Below are positions 28,716-37,208 of a stretch of DNA of 64,000 nt, in pieces (position 1 is the first letter of the stretch; each line of letters starts with the position of its first letter). Location: positions 25,450 to 89,449 of the IMG/VR virus record IMGVR_UViG_3300025853_000048. One strand, written 5' to 3'. The position numbers and the translations under genes were made by a program. Below the pieces are notes generated by a model, which saw only the letters and a list, made by a program, of their open reading frames with translations, had not been told where the DNA came from and did not search any database. This stretch comes from a virus.

Positions 28716-28904
28716 TCATGGTAATCCATCACTTCCTACCCAACCCATCGCTACCGGATCGGTTTCCTGCCAAAACTCCCCGATGTAATCAACCATTTCC
28801 AGTATGTCCTCTCTCGGTTTATCCTGACGGATCATTCGCAACAGTTCCATCGTGGCATCCTCGAAACTCGGTTGAGTCTCTTCCAGGTATTCAACTAAGC
28901 TCAT
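28716..28904 (-). CDS. Small hypothetical protein
   Basis: 62-aa ORF. Confidence 0.6.
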   Translation of the reverse strand: MSLVEYLEETQPSFEDATMELLRMIRQDKPREDILEMVDYIGEFWQETDPVAMGWVGSDGLP

Positions 28905-28908
28905 GTCT

Positions 28909-29100
28909 TCAAATCTCGTTATTGCGCGGTATCTCCAAGCCTTTTTTGCGAAAGAACGCTTCCACCTTTGCTTCGTTCGATGCGATCCGCAGATCCGTTT
29001 CTATATCTCCACCCTGCATAGCTTTCTCCTGATTCTCCCGGTTGATCTGCTTTGCTGCTTCCAGGATGGCTGAAATATTCTTTTTTTCTTCTTCGGTCAT
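28909..29100 (-). CDS. Small hypothetical protein
   Basis: 63-aa ORF. Confidence 0.6.
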   Translation of the reverse strand: MTEEEKKNISAILEAAKQINRENQEKAMQGGDIETDLRIASNEAKVEAFFRKKGLEIPRNNEI

Positions 29101-29110
29101 AATTCAACGT

Positions 29111-29911
29111 TTAATTTTCTAACGCTTTTCGGTCGAGCAGGTCGTGCATCTCTTGCTTCATTTCCACTTCGCTAACCATCGTCCAACCCTTCCAGCTACC
29201 TCTGGAGTCTTTTTGGTGCAGTGAACAAAGCCCGTTAGAAGCTCGGCACCGACCCGTTTTCTCGGGATGTGTCCAAACCATATCTTCGGGCTGGAAAAGG
29301 TGTTCGTGAGTCCTGACGAATTCGCTGATGTTTACAACTTTATAAACCACGTTTTCGGGCGACCTTAGATAGCACCGCTTCGACCTCTTGTTTTGTGGCC
29401 CCTTTGCTACTACGGGAGCCACCTGTGGTCTACCTCTCATTTTTTCCGCCCCTCGTTCGTATGATTCGTCATCGCGGAACTTGTTTCCCTTCATGAACTG
29501 CGAATGAGCTTCGTTCTGCTCTTTTGAGTGCTTCCGCCCCCTATGTGCTTCGCTGATCTTTTTAGCTTTTATAGCCGCTCCTTCGGGAGTTATTTTCCAC
29601 CGTCCTTCCGCATGTGCTAGTTTGACAGACTTGCTCATCTTGTCGCGCATCTCCTGGGGTTTTTCCTTCCCTTTCCACGGCTGATAATGACCTTTGCAAT
29701 ATCTCGCTGTCTTAGCGATCGATTTTATGCGCTCGCCACAACCACAAGCGCATAAAGGTTTTTCTTTTTTTCGCGCCCTTTGCCGATAGGCAGCAGCGTT
29801 GCATTTTGTTGAGCAGTATTTCTGCGCTTTGTATGGAACGAAAGGAGTTCCGCAAATTAAACATTCTTTTTTGCTTTCCATATTCTCTTTAACTTTTCTA
29901 TAGTTCAACAC
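29111..29911 (-). CDS. NUMOD3-like/Zn-finger DNA-binding protein (homing-endonuclease-associated modules)
   Basis: CxxC...YCSxxC, CACGCG, KISEAHRGRKHSKE (NUMOD3-like), C-terminal KGWT. Confidence 0.65.
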   Translation of the reverse strand: MLNYRKVKENMESKKECLICGTPFVPYKAQKYCSTKCNAAAYRQRARKKEKPLCACGCGERIKSIAKTARYCKGHYQPWKGKEKPQEMRDKMSKSVKLAHAEGRWKITPEGAAIKAKKISEAHRGRKHSKEQNEAHSQFMKGNKFRDDESYERGAEKMRGRPQVAPVVAKGPQNKRSKRCYLRSPENVVYKVVNISEFVRTHEHLFQPEDMVWTHPEKTGRCRASNGLCSLHQKDSRGSWKGWTMVSEVEMKQEMHDLLDRKALEN

Positions 29912-29929
29912 AAGTCTGCTTTTGTTAAG

Positions 29930-30709
29930 TTATTCGCCTGGTTTCCCGTGCGAGTCTGCCTCTGCCATACAGAACAGTCCGCATTGAATATTCGGGTCAG
30001 ACCCTTTAGGTTCTCCCTCTTCTATTTCGTCCAGGAAGATTGATGCTCGATCTCCATTCTTGGTGACTCGGTTAATTGTTATATTGAGCTCCCTTTCCAG
30101 TTTGGCCGTTCGCTCGAATTGCTCCGGAAAGTGTTTACGAACTCGCTTCCAGTAATCTATAGAATCGCGGGCCTTAACGCACCCGATGCAGTTATTATTG
30201 CGGAACCCCAGTTTATACATCTCTGGCAGTTCGATCCCCACCCGATCCAGCATCCCGAAGCAATCTTCTTTGGTTAGGCACCGATCAATCAAAGGGCACT
30301 CGATAATCCTTTCGTTGTTGTCTCGTTGCCATCTTTTCAGTCGCCGGGATTCATCGGCTGTATAGCCAAAGATTTCCGTGTCCCCTAACTGCCAGACCTT
30401 ATCACCTGGTTTTTTCTTCAGTTCCCCGGTGCATGGTGCGCCGTGATGGGATACCAGAAATTTGCGTGCTTCAAATACTTCATAAATATTGTCGAACTTT
30501 TCGCTTTTCAGGATTCTGACCGGCTGGCCAAACCACTTCTCACAATCAACAATAAACCGCTTGTTGTCTGGATGTTCGCTGCCAGTGTCGCAATACACCA
30601 CCTCCACCTTGCTATACTTCTCAATAGCGATTTTCGTGGCTACAGCAGAAGCTGCTCCGCAACTAAAATGGGAGACTACACGTCCTGATGGTTTTACTTG
30701 TTGGTTCAT
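29930..30709 (-). CDS. PAPS-reductase-family (PP-loop, Cys cluster) protein
   Basis: FSCGAASA, DTGSEH, PCTGELKK, GYTADE..R, NNCIGC. Confidence 0.8.
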   Translation of the reverse strand: MNQQVKPSGRVVSHFSCGAASAVATKIAIEKYSKVEVVYCDTGSEHPDNKRFIVDCEKWFGQPVRILKSEKFDNIYEVFEARKFLVSHHGAPCTGELKKKPGDKVWQLGDTEIFGYTADESRRLKRWQRDNNERIIECPLIDRCLTKEDCFGMLDRVGIELPEMYKLGFRNNNCIGCVKARDSIDYWKRVRKHFPEQFERTAKLERELNITINRVTKNGDRASIFLDEIEEGEPKGSDPNIQCGLFCMAEADSHGKPGE

Positions 30710-30898
30710 TTAGATAGCTTTTAGAATCGCTTTCCCTCCAATCACCCCTAGAGCTATTGCAGCAATATGACTTAGTGGCTCAGATAACGGCAATGCCCAG
30801 ATTATTAGTGCGCCGATCACGATATTAATTAGGGCATTGGATAATTTGTTGCTCATAAAAAATTTAACAAAATTACTTGTGTTGAGTATCGCTATCAC
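30710..30898 (-). CDS. Small two-TM membrane protein
   Basis: Two hydrophobic segments. Confidence 0.55.
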   Translation of the reverse strand: MIAILNTSNFVKFFMSNKLSNALINIVIGALIIWALPLSEPLSHIAAIALGVIGGKAILKAI

Positions 30899-31064
30899 TC
30901 AACGCTTCTAAAGCATCGTTAAGAACTTCAGTTAGATTGACGTTGTTTAGCCTCGCCCATTTCTTGAGATGGGGGTCAATCTTCACCTGAGTCCTCTTCC
31001 AGCCTTCTCGGCCTTTGGATGCGTTCGCTCGCCCTGTCATTCCGTGAGGTTTTCTTTTTGGCAT
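30873..31064 (-). CDS. Small ribbon-helix-helix/CcdA-like regulator
   Basis: C-terminal part of the track ORF from ATG 31064: RTQVKIDPHLKKWARLNNVNLTEVLNDALE. Confidence 0.6.
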   Translation of the reverse strand: MPKRKPHGMTGRANASKGREGWKRTQVKIDPHLKKWARLNNVNLTEVLNDALEALSDSDTQHK

Positions 31065-31105
31065 ACCTATAAATACTGCATTTCTATCATACATACAAAT
31101 GAATT

Positions 31106-31134
31106 GTTGACTTTTGTTCTTTTGGGTGTATAAT
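31106..31134 (+). promoter_or_regulatory. Sigma70-like promoter
   Basis: TTGACT-N16-TATAAT just upstream of ATG 31143. Confidence 0.55.
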
Positions 31135-31142
31135 TGGATTGT

Positions 31143-31550
31143 ATGAATAACTCTAGTTCGTCTAAAGTTAGGCTTGTGCTTCGGGTTGATGAGGGAACTC
31201 AACAGACCGAACGGAAGCAGAGTGGTTGGAAGTGGGGAGATCCTGCTCCTGCCTTTCCTGGCGTTGTGACTGATCGTATGAAAGAAATCTACCCTCATGC
31301 GGTAGCTGGACTTGAATGCGATTGCCTTAGCAACAGTTGGGATTGTGCCTTGATTGTCACCCTCGCCGAGGGTGACAATGGGCGTTGGTTTATTGGTGGT
31401 GATGCCGTTGATTTGAAAGACGGAATTGCTTACGATGCGTGGTATGATTTCGACGAGTTTCTCACGGAAGAGGAACTTGACGAAGGATTCCCCTCGAAAG
31501 AGGCAGCGATAGCCAAAGCAAAGGATGCATGGGATTCCTCTTTTGACTAA
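31143..31550 (+). CDS. Acidic hypothetical protein (counter-oriented moron)
   Basis: TTGACT...TATAAT promoter upstream and a terminator downstream. Confidence 0.7.
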   Translation: MNNSSSSKVRLVLRVDEGTQQTERKQSGWKWGDPAPAFPGVVTDRMKEIYPHAVAGLECDCLSNSWDCALIVTLAEGDNGRWFIGGDAVDLKDGIAYDAWYDFDEFLTEEELDEGFPSKEAAIAKAKDAWDSSFD

Positions 31551-31565
31551 AATCATATCAACCCA

Positions 31566-31592
31566 AGCCCGGGCGGAAGCGTCCGGGTTTTT
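31566..31592 (+). terminator. Rho-independent terminator
   Basis: GCCCGGGCG-GAAG-CGTCCGGGT followed by a T-run. Confidence 0.6.
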
Positions 31593-31605
31593 GGGGTACC
31601 TAGTT

Positions 31606-31788
31606 ATGGATAAAAACGAATACGATAAAATTGTCATGATCACTTACAACAACCTTGCAATGGGCAACCTCATTCCGACGTTATCATTTTGCGAGAAATG
31701 GGTGGCTCGGCAGTTCAATCTTAAAGTCGGCGGAAAGGCTATGGAAGTAGCTTATGATGCACTCACTAAATTCGGAGTTACTCCTTAA
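31606..31788 (+). CDS. Small hypothetical protein
   Basis: ATG 31606, 60 aa, followed by a terminator. Confidence 0.5.
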   Translation: MDKNEYDKIVMITYNNLAMGNLIPTLSFCEKWVARQFNLKVGGKAMEVAYDALTKFGVTP

Positions 31789-31801
31789 CCTTAACCAACT
31801 C

Positions 31802-31835
31802 AAAAGCCCCGGTGTTCGCGCACTGGGGCTTTTTT
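31802..31835. terminator. Bidirectional terminator
   Basis: AAAAGCCCCGGTG...CACTGGGGCTTTTTT between convergent units. Confidence 0.7.
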
Positions 31836-31927
31836 GTGCTTGAGTTGATGCCATGCATTCCACGCATAACTCGCCTGACTCCGCTGTGTAAATCAGTCTA
31901 CGACTGCACTCAAGACAGTATCTTTCT

Positions 31928-32860
31928 TTACTCATAATCTCCGTACACTTCGCAGGATTCCGAACACGATCCATCAGGAACATCAAGCACATCATCAAAG
32001 TCTATTTCTTTATCAGAGTATGGTTCAAATTCTGTGCTTTTAGCTTCCTGGATCAGTTCATTGGTAGTTATATCTCCGCGGAAAAATCGCCGTACTCCTG
32101 TCTTGCCCGCGGCAGCCTTCACTTGCGAATATTTTTCGTCCATCTTTTTTGGGAAAGTGAAAATTGATTCGTCCTCAAGTACTAACGTCATCAACTTGCG
32201 CTTACTCTTCTTCCAGCACCACTGGCAGTTTCCCCAGTGATCGCCAGGGAGTTGTAAATCAAACGGCCAGGATAGGCATTCCTTTTTTACCATCTCCATA
32301 GTTACTCGCATGTAAGCAAGGGGATAAACAAACCTGTTCTTTTCTGCGTTGATGCTTAGTCGGTCCCATTCGTCGGAGCGGATGCCGATCGCTGTATCAT
32401 AGTTGAGTTTTGCGCCCCTCACCCAGTCGTGAATCTTCAAGTAACTCTCCATCACTTCCGTTTTGAGCCTAGACGTACATTGCGGCAGTTCCCTATTCGG
32501 AATTCCATACTTTCGGATATAGTCCTCAAACGGTCGGCCATCTCTGGAAGCGGTTTCGTAATCTACGATCCTGTGCCTAATACCCACTCCCTCCGCTCCT
32601 ACCTCGGCCTCCAACCACACTGTCTCGAAATCAAAGTGGTCATCGCACTGCTTGATGAAGTCCAACGTCCTCGGGTCTTCGCAACCTGTATTAGCAAAGG
32701 TGACAATAATATTCTGGTAGCGGTCGCGGAGGTGCTCGAAGATAAACTTGGTCATCACCGCAGACGTGCGGCCCCCGGAAAATGATATAGACAAATTGTC
32801 CGAATACTGAGGAACATCCCCCAAAGTGGGGGCCATAAAATTGAACTCGCGTTGGGTCAT
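31928..32860 (-). CDS. PAPS-reductase-family protein (second paralog)
   Basis: SFSGGRTS, FANTGCE, CTSRLK, IGIRSDE..R, GNCQWCWKK, CSESCE. Confidence 0.85.
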   Translation of the reverse strand: MTQREFNFMAPTLGDVPQYSDNLSISFSGGRTSAVMTKFIFEHLRDRYQNIIVTFANTGCEDPRTLDFIKQCDDHFDFETVWLEAEVGAEGVGIRHRIVDYETASRDGRPFEDYIRKYGIPNRELPQCTSRLKTEVMESYLKIHDWVRGAKLNYDTAIGIRSDEWDRLSINAEKNRFVYPLAYMRVTMEMVKKECLSWPFDLQLPGDHWGNCQWCWKKSKRKLMTLVLEDESIFTFPKKMDEKYSQVKAAAGKTGVRRFFRGDITTNELIQEAKSTEFEPYSDKEIDFDDVLDVPDGSCSESCEVYGDYE

Positions 32861-32883
32861 TTTATAAGTCTACAAAATTGGAC

Positions 32884-33321
32884 TTATGTTGAGTTTTTTG
32901 GAGGATGTATTTTGCTTCCTCCGAAAGTGGTGGGGTTTGTCCATTCTAAATGATCGTCAACTTCCGGGGTGAACGCCAGGTAAGTCGCCACACCTCCTTC
33001 CGTTGCCCGGTCAGTTTTGATTTGCACTTTCCATAGTTGCTTCTCGATCTCCACAAACCTTAATCGATTGACAGAATCCATCTCTCGCACGGTTGGTTTT
33101 TCTAAAACATGAATAAAGCGCTTCCCTGATGATAATGAAATAACATGGAAGCCGGTTTTCTCGCTCCTGGTGAACGCAGCCGTCAGGATCAACTCGTCAT
33201 CGCGCCTGGTTTGATCTTCGGTCATCCTCGGTGTTACTTTTGCTTTTAAACTCTCCACACCACCAACCTTTTTGTACTTCGGGAAAATCGTCATCTCGAT
33301 GCCCTTCGACAATGCCTCCAC
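32884..33321 (-). CDS. Hypothetical protein
   Basis: 145-aa ORF. Confidence 0.55.
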   Translation of the reverse strand: MEALSKGIEMTIFPKYKKVGGVESLKAKVTPRMTEDQTRRDDELILTAAFTRSEKTGFHVISLSSGKRFIHVLEKPTVREMDSVNRLRFVEIEKQLWKVQIKTDRATEGGVATYLAFTPEVDDHLEWTNPTTFGGSKIHPPKNST

Positions 33322-33448
33322 TCTCCCCTATTGGAGAAACAGAAATGCTTGGCGGGAATCGGCGGCACTCGAAAGCAAGGTAGCCACCTGCATCCCAGTT
33401 AAAGCTGAATTCACAATTCTCGCAGGACTTTAATCTCGTTTCACTCAT
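33197..33448 (-). CDS. Small Cys-rich phage protein (C..C...CRRFPP...FP....WCGEF)
   Basis: Motif typical of a widespread small phage family. Confidence 0.7.
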   Translation of the reverse strand: MSETRLKSCENCEFSFNWDAGGYLAFECRRFPPSISVSPIGESGGIVEGHRDDDFPEVQKGWWCGEFKSKSNTEDDRRSNQAR

Positions 33449-33488
33449 CTTTCTTGAATGTCAGAGATATTGAGAGACTGTCAAGTTA

Positions 33489-33842
33489 ATGAACCTTGAC
33501 CTCCTATCCACCTACCTGGAAGAACAGCAGATTTCCGAATCCGAAGCGATTGGAATCTTGCGGGCCAACCTGGATTCATTTCGGGAGGCGACCGGCAGGA
33601 ATATGAAGCGACTAGGTTGGTTCAGAATACCATTCATGGATGAGGCTGACTTTTTCCCTGCCGTTATTGCTCATTTGAGCATCCATAACAGGAAATTGAC
33701 TGAAGGAGGGCATATGGTTGAATACCTGGCTGAACACCCGTCATTTGATCCAGTTGCAAAAGACGCGACTGTCCCACAATACAGGTTGCAGATCGACCGT
33801 GTGCCAAACGGCGAGACTGACTGCCTCTTCGTGCGGATCTAA
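33489..33842 (+). CDS. Hypothetical protein with N-terminal shared motif (DLLSTYLEEQQISESEAIGILRAN)
   Basis: 117-aa counter-oriented ORF filling the gap between minus genes. Confidence 0.65.
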   Translation: MNLDLLSTYLEEQQISESEAIGILRANLDSFREATGRNMKRLGWFRIPFMDEADFFPAVIAHLSIHNRKLTEGGHMVEYLAEHPSFDPVAKDATVPQYRLQIDRVPNGETDCLFVRI

Positions 33843-33850
33843 AGTCGCCT

Positions 33851-34369
33851 TCACAGCGCGTTGCGCGGCGAATAAGAAGGTGGTCGATACTCGCTGGACC
33901 GATTTTCTTTCAACCATTTAAGCAACCCCTTCCGTGATTTTGGCTCAACCGCTGGTTCAGGCCTGGGTGTCGCCCGGGTTGTCGGTCTTGGACTCGCCTT
34001 GGGCTTTGGTTTCCTGGCGATCGGTTTCTCGATGGCTGGTTTGAATTCCTCAATCTCTTCCTCTGCTGGCAAGAGTTTGTGCATCTCCCAATCCCTGCTA
34101 TCAACCGGCACAATGATCGGTGGTATTGTTATGGCTTCGGGAACCGGCTTTTCGATTGGCGGGAGCTCCGGGGTAAACCCTGCAGCGGTGACGATCCTGA
34201 GTTGTCGATCTTCCTCGCTTGCATCTGCGGGCGTTTCGACTGGATCAGGGTCAGTCCAGATGCGACTCCAGTTTTCATAAGTGTAAATGAGTAAAATCAG
34301 GGTCAAAAAAGTAATGATCGTGACGAAGTGTTTTTTCATGATAGGGGGATGGGGTAAGATTAATTCCAT
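33851..34369 (-). CDS. Single-TM Pro-rich protein
   Basis: N-terminal hydrophobic helix; directly downstream of terminase. Confidence 0.7.
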   Translation of the reverse strand: MELILPHPPIMKKHFVTIITFLTLILLIYTYENWSRIWTDPDPVETPADASEEDRQLRIVTAAGFTPELPPIEKPVPEAITIPPIIVPVDSRDWEMHKLLPAEEEIEEFKPAIEKPIARKPKPKASPRPTTRATPRPEPAVEPKSRKGLLKWLKENRSSEYRPPSYSPRNAL

Positions 34370-36174
34370 TGTCCGCCTCGCTTGTCCTGCTGGTTCAGAT
34401 CCTGCTCCAGTAACTGCAAGTCGCGGGGCAGTTCTTTCTTGATTACCTGGGCTACATACGGTGTTGCAAGACCGATAAAAGTGATCCCGATGGCTAACGC
34501 CATTACGTCGTCATCGTGTTTCCCGGGAGCGGCTTCGGCTTTGCCGGATGGATGCACTATAAAATCTTCCAATTCCTGCACCAGTGGCCGGTCCAGGATT
34601 TCGAGTCCATCCATCGGGGTGTTGTATTCGCGGATCGCAGTCGCCAGCATTTCGATCATGCGGTTGCGGCTTCCGGTGCCAGCCTGCCCCCCGGTGGTCT
34701 GGATGCCATACATTCCGGTGGACTTCTCTTTTCTTGCGTTGCCTTTGCGATCGGTGGTCATCTGCTCGTAAACGTCTGCCCCTTTTTTGAGCAGTCCCGC
34801 GATCAGTCCCCGCTCCTGGTTGGCTTCCGGAATGATCTTGCAGTTGCCGTAAAACTGGCTCATGCGCCAGATATCTTCGGTCAACAAATCGATGTCCAGC
34901 CTGCACTTGTAAGCGAGTCGGCACACCACCTTGGGCGGTTTCCACGCATGGGTAAATTCATCCATGTAACCCGAGCGGATCACCAGGGCTGAATGACAAT
35001 CCATGTCATCCGGGTTGGTGTAGCGGGCAGTCATCGTATCAACTGCGATCAGATATCGGAGCGGCGCCACTGGTTGCTCATAGAGAACAAACTTGGCATA
35101 TGACTCCTCGGTAGGAATGAATGCATAGCGGTTGTTTTGCCCTTCCAGGAGTCCAAATTCAGGATGCGCCAAAACGGATTGCTGGCGAAAGTGAGCCAGA
35201 CCAACCGAGTTAAACCGCTGGTTGGATGTGCTGTGGAACGCCTCTTCCTCGGTTGCAGGAAACTCCCGCTTCATGGTGGCGGGTTCCTTCTTTGCGATTT
35301 GATGAAACGCACTGCGATACCAACGGATCTGGCTGGATTCGAGGTTGAACCGCTGCACCATGTCGCGCTCATCCGCGGTATAGGTTGTTTCAATGTGACG
35401 TTCCTGCTCGGGGATCGGGTGCAACTCCCTGTGCTGGTCGTGGACATACCAGGGAGAAAAGATCTTGATAAACCCACTGTCTGCCCACTCGCCCGCCTTG
35501 GCTTCCTCCAAACTGACGGCTGATTGGTAGTATTCGTAAAACGGACCAGTCGGGCCTCGAGCCGTTGACTCGAGCACAACGCAAGTTTCGGGCAGCATCG
35601 GGACGCATGACAGAATCCCGGCCAGCACCTGGTCAGCATCGCATACCCCACCCTCTCTCCAGCGTGCAGCTTCCGTGCAAAGCACGAAATGGAAGGCGTT
35701 GCCTCGTCCCGCTTCCGGATCGCCAGCCGTTTCATGCAAGCACCTGGAACCGTTAGAGAATACCGCTTTCTCGGCCTGAACATCCTTGCTGATTCCCCAG
35801 TTCATTAGGTCGGTGGATGCGTACCGTTTAAAATATTCCCAGAGTGACTTTACCTGGTCATCCTGCCCGCCAATCACGCAACCCTCAATTGAGCGAGTCA
35901 GCATAAACCAGTACAGAGCGGCAACAATAATGGTGGATAACCCGACCTGCCGGGGTTTCAAGATAACCAGTCGTATTGGCCGATTGTTAGTCAAACACCA
36001 ACCGATCGCATCGCAGATTTCCTGCTGCATCGGGTTGAGGATCGGCTGGACAATCTTACCCCGCTTGTCTTTAATCCGGGCATACGCCGAAAACCAGTTA
36101 GCGAAGCCATCACGCGGATCCGACACCATTACGCGTTCTACCGCTGCCGGATCAAGGATTGCTTTCTGGGTCAT
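34360..36174 (-). CDS. terL: Terminase large subunit
   Basis: ILKPRQVGLST (Walker A), VLCTEAA (Walker B), LESTARG, nuclease IAVD...HDDDVMA. Confidence 0.92.
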   Translation of the reverse strand: MTQKAILDPAAVERVMVSDPRDGFANWFSAYARIKDKRGKIVQPILNPMQQEICDAIGWCLTNNRPIRLVILKPRQVGLSTIIVAALYWFMLTRSIEGCVIGGQDDQVKSLWEYFKRYASTDLMNWGISKDVQAEKAVFSNGSRCLHETAGDPEAGRGNAFHFVLCTEAARWREGGVCDADQVLAGILSCVPMLPETCVVLESTARGPTGPFYEYYQSAVSLEEAKAGEWADSGFIKIFSPWYVHDQHRELHPIPEQERHIETTYTADERDMVQRFNLESSQIRWYRSAFHQIAKKEPATMKREFPATEEEAFHSTSNQRFNSVGLAHFRQQSVLAHPEFGLLEGQNNRYAFIPTEESYAKFVLYEQPVAPLRYLIAVDTMTARYTNPDDMDCHSALVIRSGYMDEFTHAWKPPKVVCRLAYKCRLDIDLLTEDIWRMSQFYGNCKIIPEANQERGLIAGLLKKGADVYEQMTTDRKGNARKEKSTGMYGIQTTGGQAGTGSRNRMIEMLATAIREYNTPMDGLEILDRPLVQELEDFIVHPSGKAEAAPGKHDDDVMALAIGITFIGLATPYVAQVIKKELPRDLQLLEQDLNQQDKRGGQWN

Positions 36175-36176
36175 TT

Positions 36177-36198
36177 AAAGGACTGTCAAATCAGTTGA
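36177..36198. repeat. 22-bp motif AAAGGACTGTCAAATCAGTTGA (also 39700-39721; 19-bp inverted copy at 25488-25506)
   Basis: Exact matches read from the sequence. Confidence 0.85.
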
Positions 36199-36664
36199 GT
36201 TTCAGGGCGGCGAAGCTGGTATCCTGGCCTTCGTATCCCTCAAACCATTCGGCCAGGTCGCCTTCCATGGACGGGCTGGGTAACGTGTAATTCTGGAGTT
36301 TGAAAAGATGTTTGAAAGGTTTCCCCGGCATTGGTTCGCGGTGATGAAATTCAACGATCTGCCCGTCTTCTTCCTCATCGAAAAACCGGCGAATAATATC
36401 CCGAATCTCCAGGGGTGTCGGTTCCCGCTCCTCAATCGTCGTAGTGCCATGCTTACGAACCTTTTCCATGGCCATGACTGCCAAATGATCCCAACCCATA
36501 TGGAGTTCGCTGGCCCAAACACAAAGCCAAACTTTGGAGTCAAACGGGATATAGTATCGTCCCTCAACCGAGTTTAAATCCAGGTCATCGGTGTTATCTT
36601 CATCGGCCTTCAGGTCGTTGCTATGCTTGAATTGGGTGATTACGTCGGATAGATCGTCTCTCAT
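36191..36664 (-). CDS. Hypothetical protein
   Basis: 157-aa ORF upstream of terL. Confidence 0.7.
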   Translation of the reverse strand: MRDDLSDVITQFKHSNDLKADEDNTDDLDLNSVEGRYYIPFDSKVWLCVWASELHMGWDHLAVMAMEKVRKHGTTTIEEREPTPLEIRDIIRRFFDEEEDGQIVEFHHREPMPGKPFKHLFKLQNYTLPSPSMEGDLAEWFEGYEGQDTSFAALKLN

Positions 36665-36665
36665 G

Positions 36666-37055
36666 CTAATATTGAATGTAGGATTTTCTCTGTTGCAGTA
36701 CGTCCACGTAGGAACGCATAATTTGCAGTTGTTTGCTCAAAAGCGACTTCACTTCATCCGCTTTCGGATGTCGTTTGTGTGGCTTTTCCTGCTTGATAAC
36801 TCGTTCCAGATCAAAGATTTCCTCTTTCATCCGGTTCTGTTCCGCGAAGATCTTTTTATCCGAGTTCTGGACGCGGCCTTTAGTGAACTCAACGCACGCT
36901 TTGCGCGAGTAATAGCGTATCCCGGGAGCGGGCGACGTGCCCTCCGGTATCAGTCCTTTTTTAACGTATCTCCTTAGCGATGAATAGCTTCTGTTTAGAA
37001 TAATCAGGGCTTCATCCTTGGTGATTTGATCAGTATCCCTCTCGTAATCAATCAT
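36666..37055 (-). CDS. HTH_17/MerR-like (excisionase-like) DNA-binding protein
   Basis: ITKDEALIILNRSYSSLRRYVKKGLIP...RYY. Confidence 0.7.
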   Translation of the reverse strand: MIDYERDTDQITKDEALIILNRSYSSLRRYVKKGLIPEGTSPAPGIRYYSRKACVEFTKGRVQNSDKKIFAEQNRMKEEIFDLERVIKQEKPHKRHPKADEVKSLLSKQLQIMRSYVDVLQQRKSYIQY

Positions 37056-37176
37056 AATTAACCATGTCCAGTGAAAAAACTAGAATGGTTGATAATGGGA
37101 GAGGGGATGATTGTCAAGTAATACTTATTATTTTTATAGCTAATCTATTAATTTAGCACGCGTTTTTCATCGTCTC

Positions 37177-37208
37177 TCGTTCGGATCGCATGGCTCACCT
37201 TTAGCGTT
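37177..37208 (+). mobile_element. Orphan attC right arm (L'-spacer-R'), identical to attC3
   Basis: 32-bp TCGTTCGGATCGCATGGCTCACCTTTAGCGTT identical to 24532-24563; no left arm. Confidence 0.8.

Noticed and set aside
31065-31643. N-terminal extension of track ORF 30873-31643
   Set aside because: Overlaps the + strand gene that has its own promoter and terminator; only the last 63 aa look real.
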